Assembly: GCF_030144855.1 (NCBI RefSeq)
Contig: NC_082716.1
Location: forward strand, 67,022,001-67,086,000
Source of the DNA: Hypanus sabinus
Lineage: Eukaryota
Direction of reading: 5' to 3'
Length of the DNA: 64,000 nt
Made by a program: the position numbers and the translations under genes. Of the stretch, positions 12,395-26,430 are shown in pieces. Position 1 is the stretch's first letter. Each line of letters begins with the position of its first letter. The notes beneath the pieces were generated by a model. It was not told the DNA's origin, ran no database searches, and saw nothing but the letters and a program-made list of their open reading frames with translations.

Positions 12395-12945
12395 TTGAGT
12401 ATCTGAAAATCCAAAATCTGAAAACCTCTGAAATCCAAACTTTTTTTTTGAGTGCTGACAAGTTAATGAAAAATACTCCTTAAAGCGGAAAATGAAGACC
12501 TGAAACATGTATTTATAGAGTGGATTCATCAGCATTGGAAAGAGCATAATGGTATGCTAATCATGAGACCAGCAAAGACGAACTGAAAACTGAGGATAAT
12601 TCAATATTCAGCAGACTGGGTTGCAGAAATTTAAGGAAAGGCATTTAAAGATATATATCTTTAAATATATATTTAAAGATTTGTGGTAATGAAGTGTCTG
12701 CTGATCATGAAGCAGCAGAGAAATTCATTGATGAGTTTGCCAAGATTGTCACCAATGGAAATCTAACATGCTGAATGGCTGCATCCGTATATAAGTGTGA
12801 GGAACAAGTGTAAGACAAAGACTGCTTACAGGTAGCACATAAATTCAGAGTGAGAAATTATATTGGTGTCATGCTATCTCGTTATATATTCCAAAATACA
12901 GAAAAATCCAAAACACTTGCAGCTCTAAGCATTTTGGGCAACCTG
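12395..12945 (+). mobile_element. Tigger/pogo (Tigger4/Zombi-like) remnant just 3' of the TCEANC2 stop
   Basis: Frameshifted CENP-B-type transposase pieces (KAENEDLKHVFIEWI, NGMLIM, LQKFKERH, LKICGNEVSADHEAAEKFIDEFAKIV); subterminal AAATCC repeats; ends CAACCTG-TA. Confidence 0.75.
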
Positions 12946-15104
12946 TACTGTGTTTGTATGATATTAAATGCATTTCAATTTAGTCAACTTCTAGCAAAGA
13001 ACAAAAATATTGAATGTATCCAAAAATCCTGTTTAAGAATTGGGAAAAACATAATTAATACACCGTATAATTGAATAGCATTGCCCTGAATAAAGTATCT
13101 CAAAAAGTTAATAATAATGTACCATTTAGCTTCTCTTAAAAGAAGCTCTTGGAGCTGGTGATAATTAGTTAGAATAAACTATTTGTACAAATCATAATGT
13201 TTTTCTCTATTAAGGCAGTTTGTTACATTTAACTTTGTTCTGTTCCATCTAATAATAAGGGCCACATAGCATATATAAGACAGCAGTAAAATACAGTCAC
13301 AAAACAAATATATTCCAAGTCCCTGAGTTCATGAATGTTGCAGCAGTCTGCAGTTGCACATAATACATTGTCTTCTGCACATGAACACTAGAGGACAGCA
13401 CAGATTCCAGCATGTAGGCCACCCCTCAACATCTCCGGCCCTCCAGTGGAGCGCACCAACTCCGACACCTCTCTACTGGGTGGTTGCAAGCAGGTGACGC
13501 TGCAGCTTGAGGCCTAGTTCTCAGTATGACAGAGACCACACAGCTCTCCCACCATTCGCCAATGAATGGTACTTTCAGCATTCCACATTAACAATGTCCA
13601 GCAGGTCTTGCAATCTACAAGAAAAGAGACTTAAGACAATCACTCTCTTTTAGACTGCACAACACCTCCTGACACACACAGGTAACAACATGATCTGCAT
13701 CAAGTCCAGCTCTATTAGTTTCTTGCTAACAAGCAATTTGCTGATGGGGTAGACCTGCAGTACTTATAAGTTCTTAATGTCGTAAAAAGTACATTTAAAA
13801 AAGACAATACCACCTTTGGCTAACCCCGTAGAAGCCACGGTGTACAAGCATGCAGCCATCTTTCCGGAAGCATATCTTGCCTCCACTTTATCTACCTTGC
13901 GGCCAACTTCAGTGATCTCTAGATTTGTACACAAAGTCCATCTGTTTCACAGTATTCTCTAAGACCTCCCCCCCCCCCCGAATTGTGTGTCATTCCAAAT
14001 TTCTAGTTGCTATTGTTTTGCCCATCTTAACAGCTGATCAGTATCACTCTCTAGCCTATGACTATCTGCCACACTATAAATAACACCAGTTTTAATGTCT
14101 TCTGCAGACTTGGGATTCATGCCTCCTATAATCACATACAGTGACAAGATTTGGGAAGTCATGTTACAGTTGTACAAAATGTTTAGAACACAGTTCTGGT
14201 CACATCCATAGAGGAAGGATAGGATTAAACTCAGGAGGGTGCAGAAAAGATTCACAAAGCTGTTACTTGGAATGGAGGGCTTGAGTTATAAGGAAAGATT
14301 GGATAGACTGAGACTGTTTTACTTGGAGCAAAAGAGGCTGATGGATTTTGCTGTTTTAATCAAAGGTTCTTTTAGAAGTCATGAAAGAGGCACAAGACTT
14401 ATTGCTTCACAATTATTTTACGAAGGGTTGATGGAACAACGGAAACAGGAGCAGAAGGATTACAGGCGAGATACTAAGAAGATTAAGATAGTGCTACTTC
14501 GTGTTCAGCTGTTTTATACCCACAGAAATAAGAAAAATTCCATTCTAATCTATAGTTAAAATTAACAAGTTAGAAAGCTCTCAGTCAATACTGCAGTAAT
14601 AATTAACCAATGAGAACAACATTCGCTTAATGCAGTACAAAGAAGCTCCAGAATTATACTTTTTGTAGCCACTCGAGGCACGTTAAACTGTTATGCATAC
14701 TATACCTACTAGGAATCATAGTAAGCAGATACTTGTATATAATTCAAAGATTCATTTATTGTCAAAGTATGTATTTATATACAACTCTGAGATTCATCTT
14801 CTCCAGATAACCACAAAGAAAAAACACAGAAGTTATTCGGAGAGAAACACCAACCCCACCTCCCCACCCCCCCCCACAAAAAAGAATGACATACTGATCA
14901 TCAGCCCCCAAACCCACCTCCCGAACAAAACGGAATTATAGACTACAAGCAGATCATTGTTGAACTGCAAAGAAAATGACAAACAGTTGGATCCAACAAT
15001 TCCTCCCCTCTCCGTGTTTGATTCTAAATCACATATTTAGAATCTTAACAACTGAAAATTCAGAGCCGGAAAATCTTGTGGTATCTACATTATGTATAAA
15101 ATAA

Positions 15105-15873
15105 CGCTCGACATCAAAATTTTTCTAAAGTATTGCTTCCTCAAATTTTTGTTTTGATAGATTGCTTGAAGCTGAACAAATATGATTTCAGACTTGTATC
15201 ATGTAGAAATTTGGAGAAACAAGAAATTAACTTTTATTGAATATAATTACTTTAATTGCATAACAGTGCTGACACATTGTAATAGTTCAACTGAGTTAAA
15301 AATATTTTGTTGATGATTTTGTTTACGCTCAGTATCAGAGGCTTCTAGGTTAAGTCTTCCAACAATAATCAGCCAGCTTTGATGGATTCCAGTTGCCCTG
15401 ATATTTCTCCAATGTCCTGGTGAAACTTCTCACCATGCTTGTCACTGTCACATGCACCAGGATTTGCAGGGAAGAAGTACAAATGGAAATGCAGAAAACA
15501 AATCTTTAGTGACATGTTGTACTTCATGGGTGAAGCATGTTGTCAATCAGCTGCACATAGTCTGGTGCTCTGTAGTTGCCAAGAAAATTTTCAACAACAT
15601 CCTTGAATGCCTTTCATGTCATTTTCTCTGGTCCCACTGGAAGTTCTTTGAATTGCCTGTCATTGATGACTTGTGGACCAACAAAACTGTCTTCCTTAAT
15701 CTTGGCTTCAGTTATTCTGACTTGAATTATGAATTGAGATAATAAATATAGGTGATTTTAAACAAAATGGTGCGTGATAGGGAAATTTCATGGTGATTTC
15801 CATGATCTGCATCCCAAAATCCATAAGATACATCCAAAAGATTTTCAGGAAGCAAAACCTTTGTTGTCTAGTA
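15105..15873 (-). mobile_element. Second, more decayed Chapaev3-type copy (inverted)
   Basis: Reverse-complement homology to 8259-9254; degenerate TIRs CGCTCGACATCAAA and TTTGTTGTCTAGTA; TAA on both flanks. Confidence 0.85.
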
Positions 15874-16289
15874 TAACCAAAAAAACCACTTATGTTATGA
15901 AATATCAAAGGATATATATTCCTCAAAGTATTCATAAGATTATATCATGGTTAGGCAGATTAGTAGGTATACTTTCAACTAGTCTATTTATGATTGCTTT
16001 TAAACAAATAAAAATTACGTAAATTATGATGAGGCATAATTATGAATAATATGACTCATAATGTTAAGTAACCCCAGCTTCCGAGACCTGAATGGATCCA
16101 GTCAAAGAAATTCCATCCATCAGCTGGATTTTTGTTGCTTCTTCTTTAAGGATATGAACAGCTAAATTAGTTATGTTTGCAGTCTCTTCAGGTATGTGAC
16201 TCTTCAGAGATCTACCAAGAGGTATTTCTCACAGGTTGGTGGCAGTTATTTAAAAAAGGGAACTTTGAGGGTGTTTGTCCATTGTACAA

Positions 16290-19200
16290 GCCTATCAGCG
16301 CTGTCAACAGTGCTCTACAGATTAAATAAAAGTACAGAAGGGATAAACAGAGTGGTCATTGTCAGGAGTGACAAGAGTAGAAGCAATGGGCTTCGGCTCA
16401 AAGGAAGCTTCGGCTTGGAAGAGGTGTGTAAACTGTTAATGTTTCCTTTTTGTTTCTTTTTTCCCTCTTACTGTACCATTTAAATGGCTGTGGTGTGTTT
16501 TTCGAGCCAGATGTTGGAGAACTGGGAGACCCGGAGTCTCCCGGGGAACTACATCTGCATGAAGTGCATCCAGCTGCAGCTCCTTGAAGACCGTGTTAGG
16601 GATCTGGAGCAGCAACTGGATGACCTCCAGCTTGTACAGGAGAGCAAGGAGATAATTGATCAGAGTTACAGGAACGTAGTCACCCTGAGGTTGCAGAAGG
16701 CGAGTAGCTGGGTGACTGCCAGGGGAAATGGAAATAGACAGAGCAGAGCACCCCTGTGGCCTTTCCCCTCAAAAACAAGTATACCGCTTTGGATACCTTT
16801 GTGGGGATAACCTCGCGGGAGAATGACAAGGCAACTGGGTTACAGGCACTGACAAAAGAGAGAGAAGAAGGGAGCAGTAGTGATAGAGGACTTGATACAG
16901 GAGATTCTGTGGACATGAACAGGACACCTGAATAGTATGTTGCCTCCCAGGTGCCGGGATCGGATGACTCAGATCGTTCCCACAACATTTTGGAGAGAGA
17001 GGGAGAGCAGTCAGATGTCTCTGTACTTATTGGTACCAATGACATAGGAAGGAAAAGCAATAAGGTCCTGAAAAGAGAATTTAGAAAGCTAGAAGCAGGA
17101 CCTCCCAGGTAGTAATTTCTGGATTGCTGCCTGTGCCACACACCAGTGAGGGTAGAATAAGGATGAGTTAGCAGCTAAATGCATGACTGAGAGCTGGTGT
17201 AGGGGGCAGGGCTTCAGGTTCTTGGATAATTGGGATCTCTTTGGGGGTGGTATAACCTAACTTAGAAACATAGAAAACCTACAGCACAATACAGGCCCTT
17301 CAGTCCACAAAGCTGTGTCGAACATGCCCTTACCTTAGAAATTAGCTAGCAACACCCATAGCCCTCTATGTTACTAACCTCTATGTACCTATCAAAAAGT
17401 GTTCAAAAGTGATGGGTTGCACCTGAACCTGAGAGGGAACAAATATTCTCGGGGGCGTGTATGTTAGAGCTGCTGGGGAGGGTTTAAGCTAACTTGACTG
17501 GGGGTTGGGAACCAGATTGAAGGGACTCAGGATAGGATGGATGGTAAAAAATTGATTGTGTGCAGTCAAACTGTCAGGAAGGGTAGGCAGGTGATGGGAC
17601 TTAGTTGCATCCAACAGGCTGAGTATCAAATCATTAGGGATGCAGAATCAGAAAGGATAGCAAATAGGGTTCTCAAGGTGTTGTATCTAAATGTGTGTAG
17701 TATAAGAGTTAAGATGGATGATCTTGTTGCAATATTACAGATCGCCAGGCATGATGCTGTGGCCATCACTGAATTGTAGCTGAAGGATGGTTGATGTTGG
17801 GAGCTGAATGTCCAAGGTTACACGTCATATCAGAGGGATAGGAAGGTAGGCAGAGGGGGTTGTGTGGCTCTACTGGTAAAGGATGGGATCAACTTAGTAG
17901 AAAGATGCGACATAGGATTGGAAGATGTTGACTCTTTGTGGGCTGAGTTAAGAAACTGCAAGGGTAAAAGGACCCTGATGGCAGTTATATACAGGCATCC
18001 AAACAAGTGGCTGGGAGGTGGACCACAGATTGCAACAGGAAATAGAAAAGGTGAGTCAAAAGGACAACATTATGGTAATCATGTGAGATTTTAACATGCA
18101 GGTCAATTGGGAAAATCAGGTTGGTAATGGATCTCAAGAGAGTGAACTTGTTGAATACCTAAAGATGGCTTTTTAGAGCAGTTTGTCATTGTGCCTACTA
18201 GGGGATCAGCTATACTGGATTGGGTGTTATGTAATGAACTAGAGGCAATTTGGGAGCTTAAGGTAAAGAAACCCTTAGGAGAAAGTGATCACAATATGAT
18301 TGAGTTCAACTTGAAATTTGATAGGGAGAAAGTAAAGTCTAACATAGCAGTATTTCAGAGTACAATACTGCTACATCAAGGGAAATTTTAGTGGTATGAG
18401 AGAGGAAATAGCGTCAATTTCTGGGGAAAATGAGAAAGGTGCAGGACATGTGTATTCCAAAAATGAAGAAATACTAAAATGGTAAAATAGTACAACCATG
18501 GCTGGCAAGGGAAGTCAAAGAAAAAAGAAAGGGCATACAGAAAAGCAAAAATTAGTGGGAAGACAGAGGATTGGGAAGTTTTTAAAAACCTACAGAGAAC
18601 TAAAAAAATCGTTACAAAGGAAAAGATGAAATATGAAAGCAAGCTAGCAAATAATATCAAAGTGAATAGTAAAATTTTTTCAAGTATGTTCAAAATAAAA
18701 GAGAAATGAGAGTGGACATAGGACCACTAGAAAATGAGGCAGGAGAAATAATAACGGGGGACAAGAAGTTGGCTGATGAAATAATTGAGTATTTGCATCA
18801 GTCTTCACTGTGCAGTATTTTGTAGTGTGTGAAGGAAGAGAAGTGGGTGCAGTTACTGTTAAAAGAGAGAAGGTGTTCAAAAAGCTGAAAGACCTAAGGG
18901 TAGATAAGTCACCCGGAGCAGAGGAACTGCACCCTAGGGTTTTGAAAGAGGTAGCGTTAGAGATTGTGGTGGCATTAGAAATGATCTTTCTAAAATCATT
19001 GGACTCTGGCATGGTGCCAGAGGACTAGAAAAACGCAAATGTTACTCTACTCTTTAAGAACGAAGGAAGGTAGCAGAAAGGAAATTATAGAGATAGACCA
19101 GTGGCCCTGACTTCAGTGGTTGAGAAGATGTCGGTTGTTAAGGATGAGGTGATGGAATACTTTGCGACACAGGACAAGATAGAATCAGAATCAGGTTTAT

Positions 19201-20820
19201 TATGACCAGCATGTGACGTGAAATTTGTTAACTTAGCAGCAGCAGTTCAATGCAATATATAATGTAGAAGAGAAAAGAATAAATAAAATAATAAATAAAT
19301 CAATTACAACATACGTATATTGAATAGATTAAAAAATGTGCAAAAATAGAAATACTGTACATTTAAAAAAGTGAGGCAGTGTCCAAGGATTCAATGTCCA
19401 TTTAGAAATCGGATGGCACAGGGGAAGAAGCTGTTCCTGAATCACTGAGTGTGTGCCTTCAGGCTTCTGTACCTCCTACCTGATGGTAACAGTGAGAAAA
19501 GGGCATTCCCTGGGTGCTGGATGTCCTTAATAATGGACACTGCCTTTCTGAGACACCACTGCCTAAAGATGTCCTGGATAGTACAAAGTCAGCATGGTTT
19601 CCTTTAGGGAAAATCCTGCCTAATGAACCTGTTAAAGGAGATTGCAAGTAGGATAGATAAAGGGTTTGCAGTTGATGTTGTATATTTGGACTTTCAGAAG
19701 GCCGTTGACAAGGTGCCATACAAGTTAAGAGCCCATGGTACTACAGGAAAGTTACTATCATGGTTAGAGCATTGGTTGATTGGTAGGAGGCAACGAATGG
19801 GAATAAAAGGATCCTTTCCTGGTTTGATGCCAGTGACTAGTGTTGTTCCACAGAGGTCAGTGTAGGGACCATTTCTTTTCATGCTGGATGATTTAGATGA
19901 TGGAATAGATGGCTTTGTTGCCAAGCTTGCAGATGATACAAAGATTGATAGAGGAGCGGGTAGTGTTGAGGAAACAGGTAGGAAGCAGAAGAACAGATTA
20001 GGAGAATGGGCAAGAAATTGGCAAATTAAATACAATGTTGGAAAATACGTGGTCATGCACTTTGGTAGTAGAAATAAATGTGCAGACTATTTTCTAAACA
20101 GGGAGAAAATCCAGGAATCTCAAATGCAAAGGGACTTGGGAGTCTTTGTGCAGAACACCCTGAAGGTTAACTTGTAGGTTGATTCTGTGGTGAGGAAGGC
20201 AAATGCCATGTTAGCATTCATTTCAAGGGGTCTAGAATACAAGAGCAAGGATGTGATGCTAAGGCTTTATAGGGCACTGGTGAGGCCTCACCTTGAGTAT
20301 TGTGAACAGTTTTGGGCCTCTCATCTTAGAAAAAATGTGCTGGCATTGGAGAGGGTCCAGAGGAGGTTCACAAGGATGATTCCAGAAATGAAAGGGTTAT
20401 CATACAAGGAACATTTGATGGCCCTGGGTCTGTACTCACTGGAATTCAGAAGGATGAGGCGGGGAATCTCATTGAAATCTTTCGAAAGTTGAAAGGCCTA
20501 CAGAATAGATGTAGAAAGTATGTTGCCCAGGATAGAGGGGCGCCCTTTCAAAACAGAGAGGCAGATAAATTTCTTTAACCAGAGGGTGGTGAATTCGTGG
20601 AATATATTGCCACATGCAGCTGTGGAAGCCAGGTCGTTGGGTGTATTTGAGGCAGAGGTTGATAGGTTCTTGATTGGACACGGCATCAAAGGTTACAGGG
20701 AGAAGGCCGGGAACTGGGGTTGAGGCGGAGATTTTAAAAAAGGATCAGCCATGATTGAGTGGCGGAATAGACTCGATGGGCCAAATGGCCTAATTTTGCT
20801 CCTATGTCTTATGGTCTATG
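16290..20820 (+). mobile_element. Near full-length decayed CR1 LINE (ORF1 Cys motif, coiled coil and esterase; ORF2 endonuclease-RT)
   Basis: ORF1: CMKC...LQLLEDRVRDLEQQLDDL and esterase-like IGTNDIGRK. ORF2: [61 protein letters not shown]; CR1 3' tail. Many stops and frameshifts. Confidence 0.92.
19183..19576 (-). mobile_element. Rex1-like 3' end inserted in the CR1
   Basis: Homologous to 1809-2225; (CTGATT)n tail; GATAG duplicated at 19178-19182 and 19577-19581. Confidence 0.85.
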
Positions 20821-21352
20821 TAAGTACAACTCTTCTTACTTATAACTGTTTCCCCCTTAATTGCTAAGGGAAGATCTCATGCCATACGATTTTCTAGAAC
20901 CATCTTATGTATGGCAACCATTTCTGTTGTTACGCTTCCCAACCCTCCATAGCCCAGCAACAAAGGAACTGTGACTAAGAGGTTACTAACACATCAACCA
21001 TAGTTCCTCTTGTCTCCATTGGGTACCACTTTAATTTGTTGTAGTGGCTAGTGGGTATCCACTTTTACCTCTTTCACCACTGAGTTGGTAATTAACAGCA
21101 CTTAATAACAACCTTCCCATTCAGCTTCCAGCAATGAAATTGATAATTAACCAATAAGGCTGAAGGGGTGACATCATAGTGGTTTATAAAATCATGAGAG
21201 GTATAGATAAGTTAGTCATCTTCCCAGGATAGGGAATTAGAGTGGATAGATTTAATGTGGAAGTGGAGAGACTTAAATGAGATATCAGGGTTAAATTTTT
21301 CCACAGGGAGTGTGGTGAGCATATGGAAGGAGCTATCAGAGGAAGTAGCTGA

Positions 21353-21570
21353 TCGTGGTGTAGTGGCATCCACACCAGACTTCAAAGCGAGTAGTTCCAG
21401 GTTCGAATCCAGCCAACTCCTTGCATGCTATCCATCTCTGTTGGGTTGAGCGTTGAGCTAAGTCAGCAACTCGGCTTCATAATAAAAAAAAACAGACAAA
21501 TGCTAAGGAATCAGCAAAGGTTAGTGCCAGATGGTCCACAAGGCGCGGAGAGGATCATCAACAAACAATT
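21353..21570 (+). mobile_element. tRNA-derived SINE
   Basis: A-box-like TGGTGTAGTGG and B-box GGTTCGAATCC followed by a non-tRNA body. Confidence 0.65.
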
Positions 21571-24169
21571 GTTAAGTTATGATCATTTAAATTACTAATG
21601 GTAAATCACTTGACTGGAACATTGTATTTGGTCAATATGAACAATTAAAATAGACTACATCCTATTTGTTGCTTCATCAAACAGAATTACATACAGCCAG
21701 TTTTTGTTGAGGTTATTAAATACCTCTTCTCCCTTTGTTTTTTATTGAGTGAATATTACCTGAATTTCAAGCATTGATAAGGCCATTCAGAAACTGGTGA
21801 TAAAGTATGTGGTGTTTGATGCACCAACCTATTACACTACAGGACATTGACTCAACAAAAGTCGGTGCTATAGAGTAAAAAGATAAAGATTCCATCCTGC
21901 ATCCCATAAATAATTGATTTAAAAAGGTAACTTGAAGAGTAGACTGTTTTCAACATAATGTATTTCCTAGCTCCACAAAGTATTGATTACCTTTCACTAT
22001 ATAGACCTGAATTTGATATATCCCTCAATACAAGATGTTTTAGCTAATATCTGAATGTAGCTGGACCGACAGCTGATGCCCTCATCCAAAGAAGGGAAAA
22101 TTCAAAATTGATGTGGTCATTCCTGCTAGAAAATTGTACCCATATCAGAATTGATTTGTATTCCTGATGGCACAGATTCAAATAGATGAATAGTTTGCTA
22201 CTATATCCATTATTTCCTTTTTGCTATCAATTCATTAAAGGGAACCGACAAGATAACTATAGAAATAAACTAATTATGCTATTTAAGTGAATCCATAACT
22301 AGGGTACATGTGTCTAAACCCAGAACTTCTAAACCCAAAAGTTAAGGCGAAAAACTTCTAAACTGATGTTTCCAAACTTGGAACTTTCTTCTATAAATGG
22401 CCATTGATACTCAGGCAGTTAGTAGTTATAAATGTCTGTTAATCAAAGATATTATGGAAATAGTTGGGGGGGAGGAGGGAGGAGAATGTAGGTTTGAGGT
22501 GCTTGCTAAATGCATCCAAATGTCACAGCTTTCCTTCAGAAAAGCGGGGATGTGAACCCTTGAGAGAACTGGTATTTATTGTCATCCTATTCATATCTAC
22601 ATTCTCCACAAGGGGTCACTGAAAAACAATGGTTCATACAGTATTAACAATTATTTGGACAATGTGCCAGAAAGCTTTCTACATGCCTGTAAGTGTACCC
22701 CAACTAAATTAAGCAGTTTTACAAAATGAAAGTGTAATTGGCAGAATTATTAATTCTTCTGCTTGAATTTAACGTTCAAGGTTTGCTTCTGCTAAACGGA
22801 CAGATAAGCGGACATAATGGTTGAAGTATGAACTATAGATAATGCATCAAATATCAGAATGTTCATAAAGCTCGCTGGGTCAAACAGCATCTGTGTAGGA
22901 AACAAATGCAAGTTACTGTTTTGATTAGACCCTACATCAAGACCAAGATGGAAGAGGCAAGATTGTCAGTATATAGATTGTTGAGAGAGGGTGTGGGTGC
23001 AATAGAGACTGACAGCTGTGAGCTGGACCCAAATAGAGAGTGGATGATATAACATCTGCAGCCTCTTTTGTCTTCATGCCATAGACAGTGCATGTGGTAG
23101 AACGAAATGGAGCTTAAAATTATCAAACAGAGTTAAGCTTGTTTTGACATGTCAGACTCAGTAATTTTATAATGATAACATTGAATACAATTAAAACACT
23201 GATGTGTTTATTCTTCTGTTCATAATTCTAATATTAACTGCATCTTAATAAGTTAAAACATTTCTAAACAAGATTTAACACATCTTCTGAATGAATCAGC
23301 TCCACTGAGATGAGATAGCTCAAAGGAAGCAATCTCAATCTAGCTGTCTCTGTAACATATTTGGTAGAATATGTTCTGACTAGTTTATACAGAGGCAGGT
23401 TGATTTTAACTATTGACCACAGTCTCCTCATTCCACATTGATGGTGATTTGCTGCAGTCCACATTTACATGTACAATTACAGAAAGACAGTCACACAACA
23501 GTTCATTGATACAAATGTGAACTCATCAACATCTGAAAATGACGGGCTGGAAAAAAATATAACTTATGGTCTCTGGATCAATACAAAGAAAATGCTGGAG
23601 GAACTTAGCAAATCAGGCAGCATCTAATGAGAAAAGTGAACAGTCAATGTTTTGGCCAACGCTCTTCATCAGAACTTATGATATCTGACTATCCTCAGCT
23701 TATCGGAACAATTTCTAAACAATAATACAACCAAATCTTTAATAATTTTGTAAAACCTTTAAATCATCCAACTATACACATTTCTAAAAGGAATAGAACT
23801 AATGCTTTAGGCATTACAGATTTACTATTAAACTATTATCCCCATGGCCCTTCTTTGGTAAGTTTCAAATTTTCTATAGTGATCAAATAGAAATCCAAAA
23901 TGCATTAAAATTCCAAATGAGATCTAACCTGCATCTTGTACAAAGACAAGATGCTTTGTTTTATATCTAATAATTCTATTTGTGGATGTTAGTAATCTAT
24001 TTACTTAGACTATGGCTTTGTAATATTGATCATGATACATTAAATACTTCTGAAAGGTTACAATTTTGAATTGGCAGAATTTACTGTGCAATTATGCTTG
24101 GTATTTACCCTGTCCATGTTCATTCCATTGTGATTGCTTGTGTGGAAACATAATTACACCAACATTATC

Positions 24170-26430
24170 CCAGAGCATGAGAAATGCAAGAGAGCACTTA
24201 AAAAGTGAATTTGGACGGCTAAAAGATGACATAAGGTTGCTCCGGCCGACAAAGTGAAGATTTCCTAAAGGCTTCCTTCTACATGTACAGTAAGAACAAA
24301 CACATAGCGAGGAGCAAAAATTGTCCTCTTGAAGATCAGAGTGGTATTCTATGTGTGGAGCCAAAAGAGGTGGGGGAGATCTTAAATGGATTTTTTGGAT
24401 CTGTATTAATTTGGGAGATGGACAGAGTCTATAAATGTGAGGCAATGCAGCAGCAAGGTTATGGGCCCAAAAAGATTAGAAAGGAGGTGTTTGCTGTCTT
24501 GAGGTAAGTTAGAGTGGATCAATCCCCAGAGCCCGACAAAGTGTTCTGTCAAACCTTGTGGCAGTCTAGTGCAGAAGCTGCAGGAGCTCTAGCAGAGATA
24601 TGCAAAACATGATGGCCAGTGCTATCATATTTGCTGTTATGTGCTGGGGCAGCAGGCTGAGGGTAGCAGACACCAACAGAATCAACAAACTCATTCGTAA
24701 AGCCAGTGATGTTGTGGGGGTGGAACTGGACTCTCTGACAGTGGTGTCTGAAAAGAGGATGCTGTCCAAGTCACATGCCATCTTGGACAATGTCTCCCAT
24801 CCACTCCATAATGTACTGGTTAGGCACAGGAGTACATTCAGCCAGAGACTCATTCCACCGAGATGCAACACTGAGCGTCATAGGAAGTCATTCCTGCCTG
24901 TGGCCATCAAACTTCACAACTCCTCCCTCGGAGTGTCAGACACCCTGAGCCAATAGGCTGGTCCTGGACTTATTCCACTCGGAATAATTTACTTATTATT
25001 TAATTATTTATGGTTTTATATTGCTTTATTTCTACACTATTCTTGGTTGGTGCAACTGTAATGAAATCCAATTTCCCTCGAGATCAATAAAGTATGTCTG
25101 TCTGTCCGTCAGCTATGGGTGAGGTGCTGGAGGATTGGAGGATAGCTAATGTTGCTACATTGTTTAAGAAAGGCTCTAAAAGAAAACAGGAAATTACAGT
25201 ATATATTAGTGAACCTGACTTCAATAATGGGAAAGCTATTGGAAGGTACTCCAACAGACCGGATATATAATAGACAGGGATTGATTCGGGATTATCAACA
25301 TGGCTTTGTGCACGGTAAGTCACATCTAAACAATCTTATAGTTTTACAAGGAAGTTACCAGGAAAATTGATGAAGGCAAGGCAGTTAATGTTTACATGGA
25401 CTTTAGCAAGGCCTTTGGCAAGGTCAAGAAGGTTCTGTTGCTTGGCATTAAAGTAGTAAATTGGATTAGACATTGGCTTTGCAGAAGAAGCCAGAGAGTG
25501 GTTGTAGATGGTTGCCCCTCTGACTGGAGGCCTGTGACAAGTGGTGTACCTCAGGGATCGGTGCTGGGTCCATTGTTGTTTGTCATCTATATCAACAATC
25601 TAGATGATAAGATGATAAACTGGATCAGCAGATTTGCAGATAACACCAAGTTTGGGAGTGTAGTGGACAGCAAGGAAGACAATTAAAGCTTTCAACTGAA
25701 CCTGGACCAGCTGGAAAAATGGGTTGAAAAACAGCAGATAGAATATAATGCAGACAAGTGCAGGGCATTGTGGAGTACAGTAGAACAGAGACATCTAGGT
25801 GTATAGATCCATAATTCCTTGAAAGTGGCATCACAGGTAGGTAGAGTCAAGGAAAGCTTTTCACGCTTTGGCCTTTATAAGTCAATGAAATGAGTATAAG
25901 AGATGGGATGTAATGTTGAAGTTGTATAAGACATAGGTGAGGCCTAATTTGGAGTATCATGTGGTCACCTACCTGCAGGAAAGCTGTAAGTAATATTGAA
26001 AGAGTACAGAGGAAATGTACAAGGATGTTGTCAGAACTGGAGGACCTGAGTTACAGGGAAAGTTGAATAGGGTAGGACTTCATTCCCTAGAATGTAGAAG
26101 ATAATACAGGTATACAAAATTATGAGGGGCATAGATAGGGTAGATGCAAGCAGGCTTTTTTCCATTGAGGTTCAATGAGAGTTCAACCAGAGGTCATGGG
26201 TGAAAGGTGAAATGTTTAAAGGGAACATGGGGCTACTTCTTGTGCAACAAGCTGACAACACAGGGTCAATTTCAATAGTTAAGAGAAATTGTGTTGGAAC
26301 ATGGATGAGGGGTGTATGGAGGGCTACAGTTCTGGTGCAGGTCAATGGTAATAGGTAGATTAATGATTCAGCACAGATTAGATGGGCTGAAGGACCTGTT
26401 TCTGTGCTATAGTGTTCTATGACTCTAAAT
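24170..26430 (+). mobile_element. Decayed CR1 LINE ORF2
   Basis: MDFSKAF, VTSGVPQGSVLGPLLFVIYIN and FADNTK motifs; CR1 3' tail TTCTATGACTCT. Confidence 0.88.
24601..25110 (+). mobile_element. Rex1-like 3' end inserted in the CR1
   Basis: Open C-terminal frame 24600-24956 (CWGS...RINKLIRKA...SHPLH...SFLPVAIKLHN); AATAAAG followed by a (GTCT)n tail. Confidence 0.8.

Noticed and set aside
14345-14710. Possible ERV-like solo LTR (also 20820-21175)
   Set aside because: Termini and target-site duplications are not resolvable by eye.
21353-21420. tRNA gene candidate (also 31899-31975)
   Set aside because: A and B boxes are present but there is no convincing cloverleaf, and both run into repeat bodies; called SINE heads.
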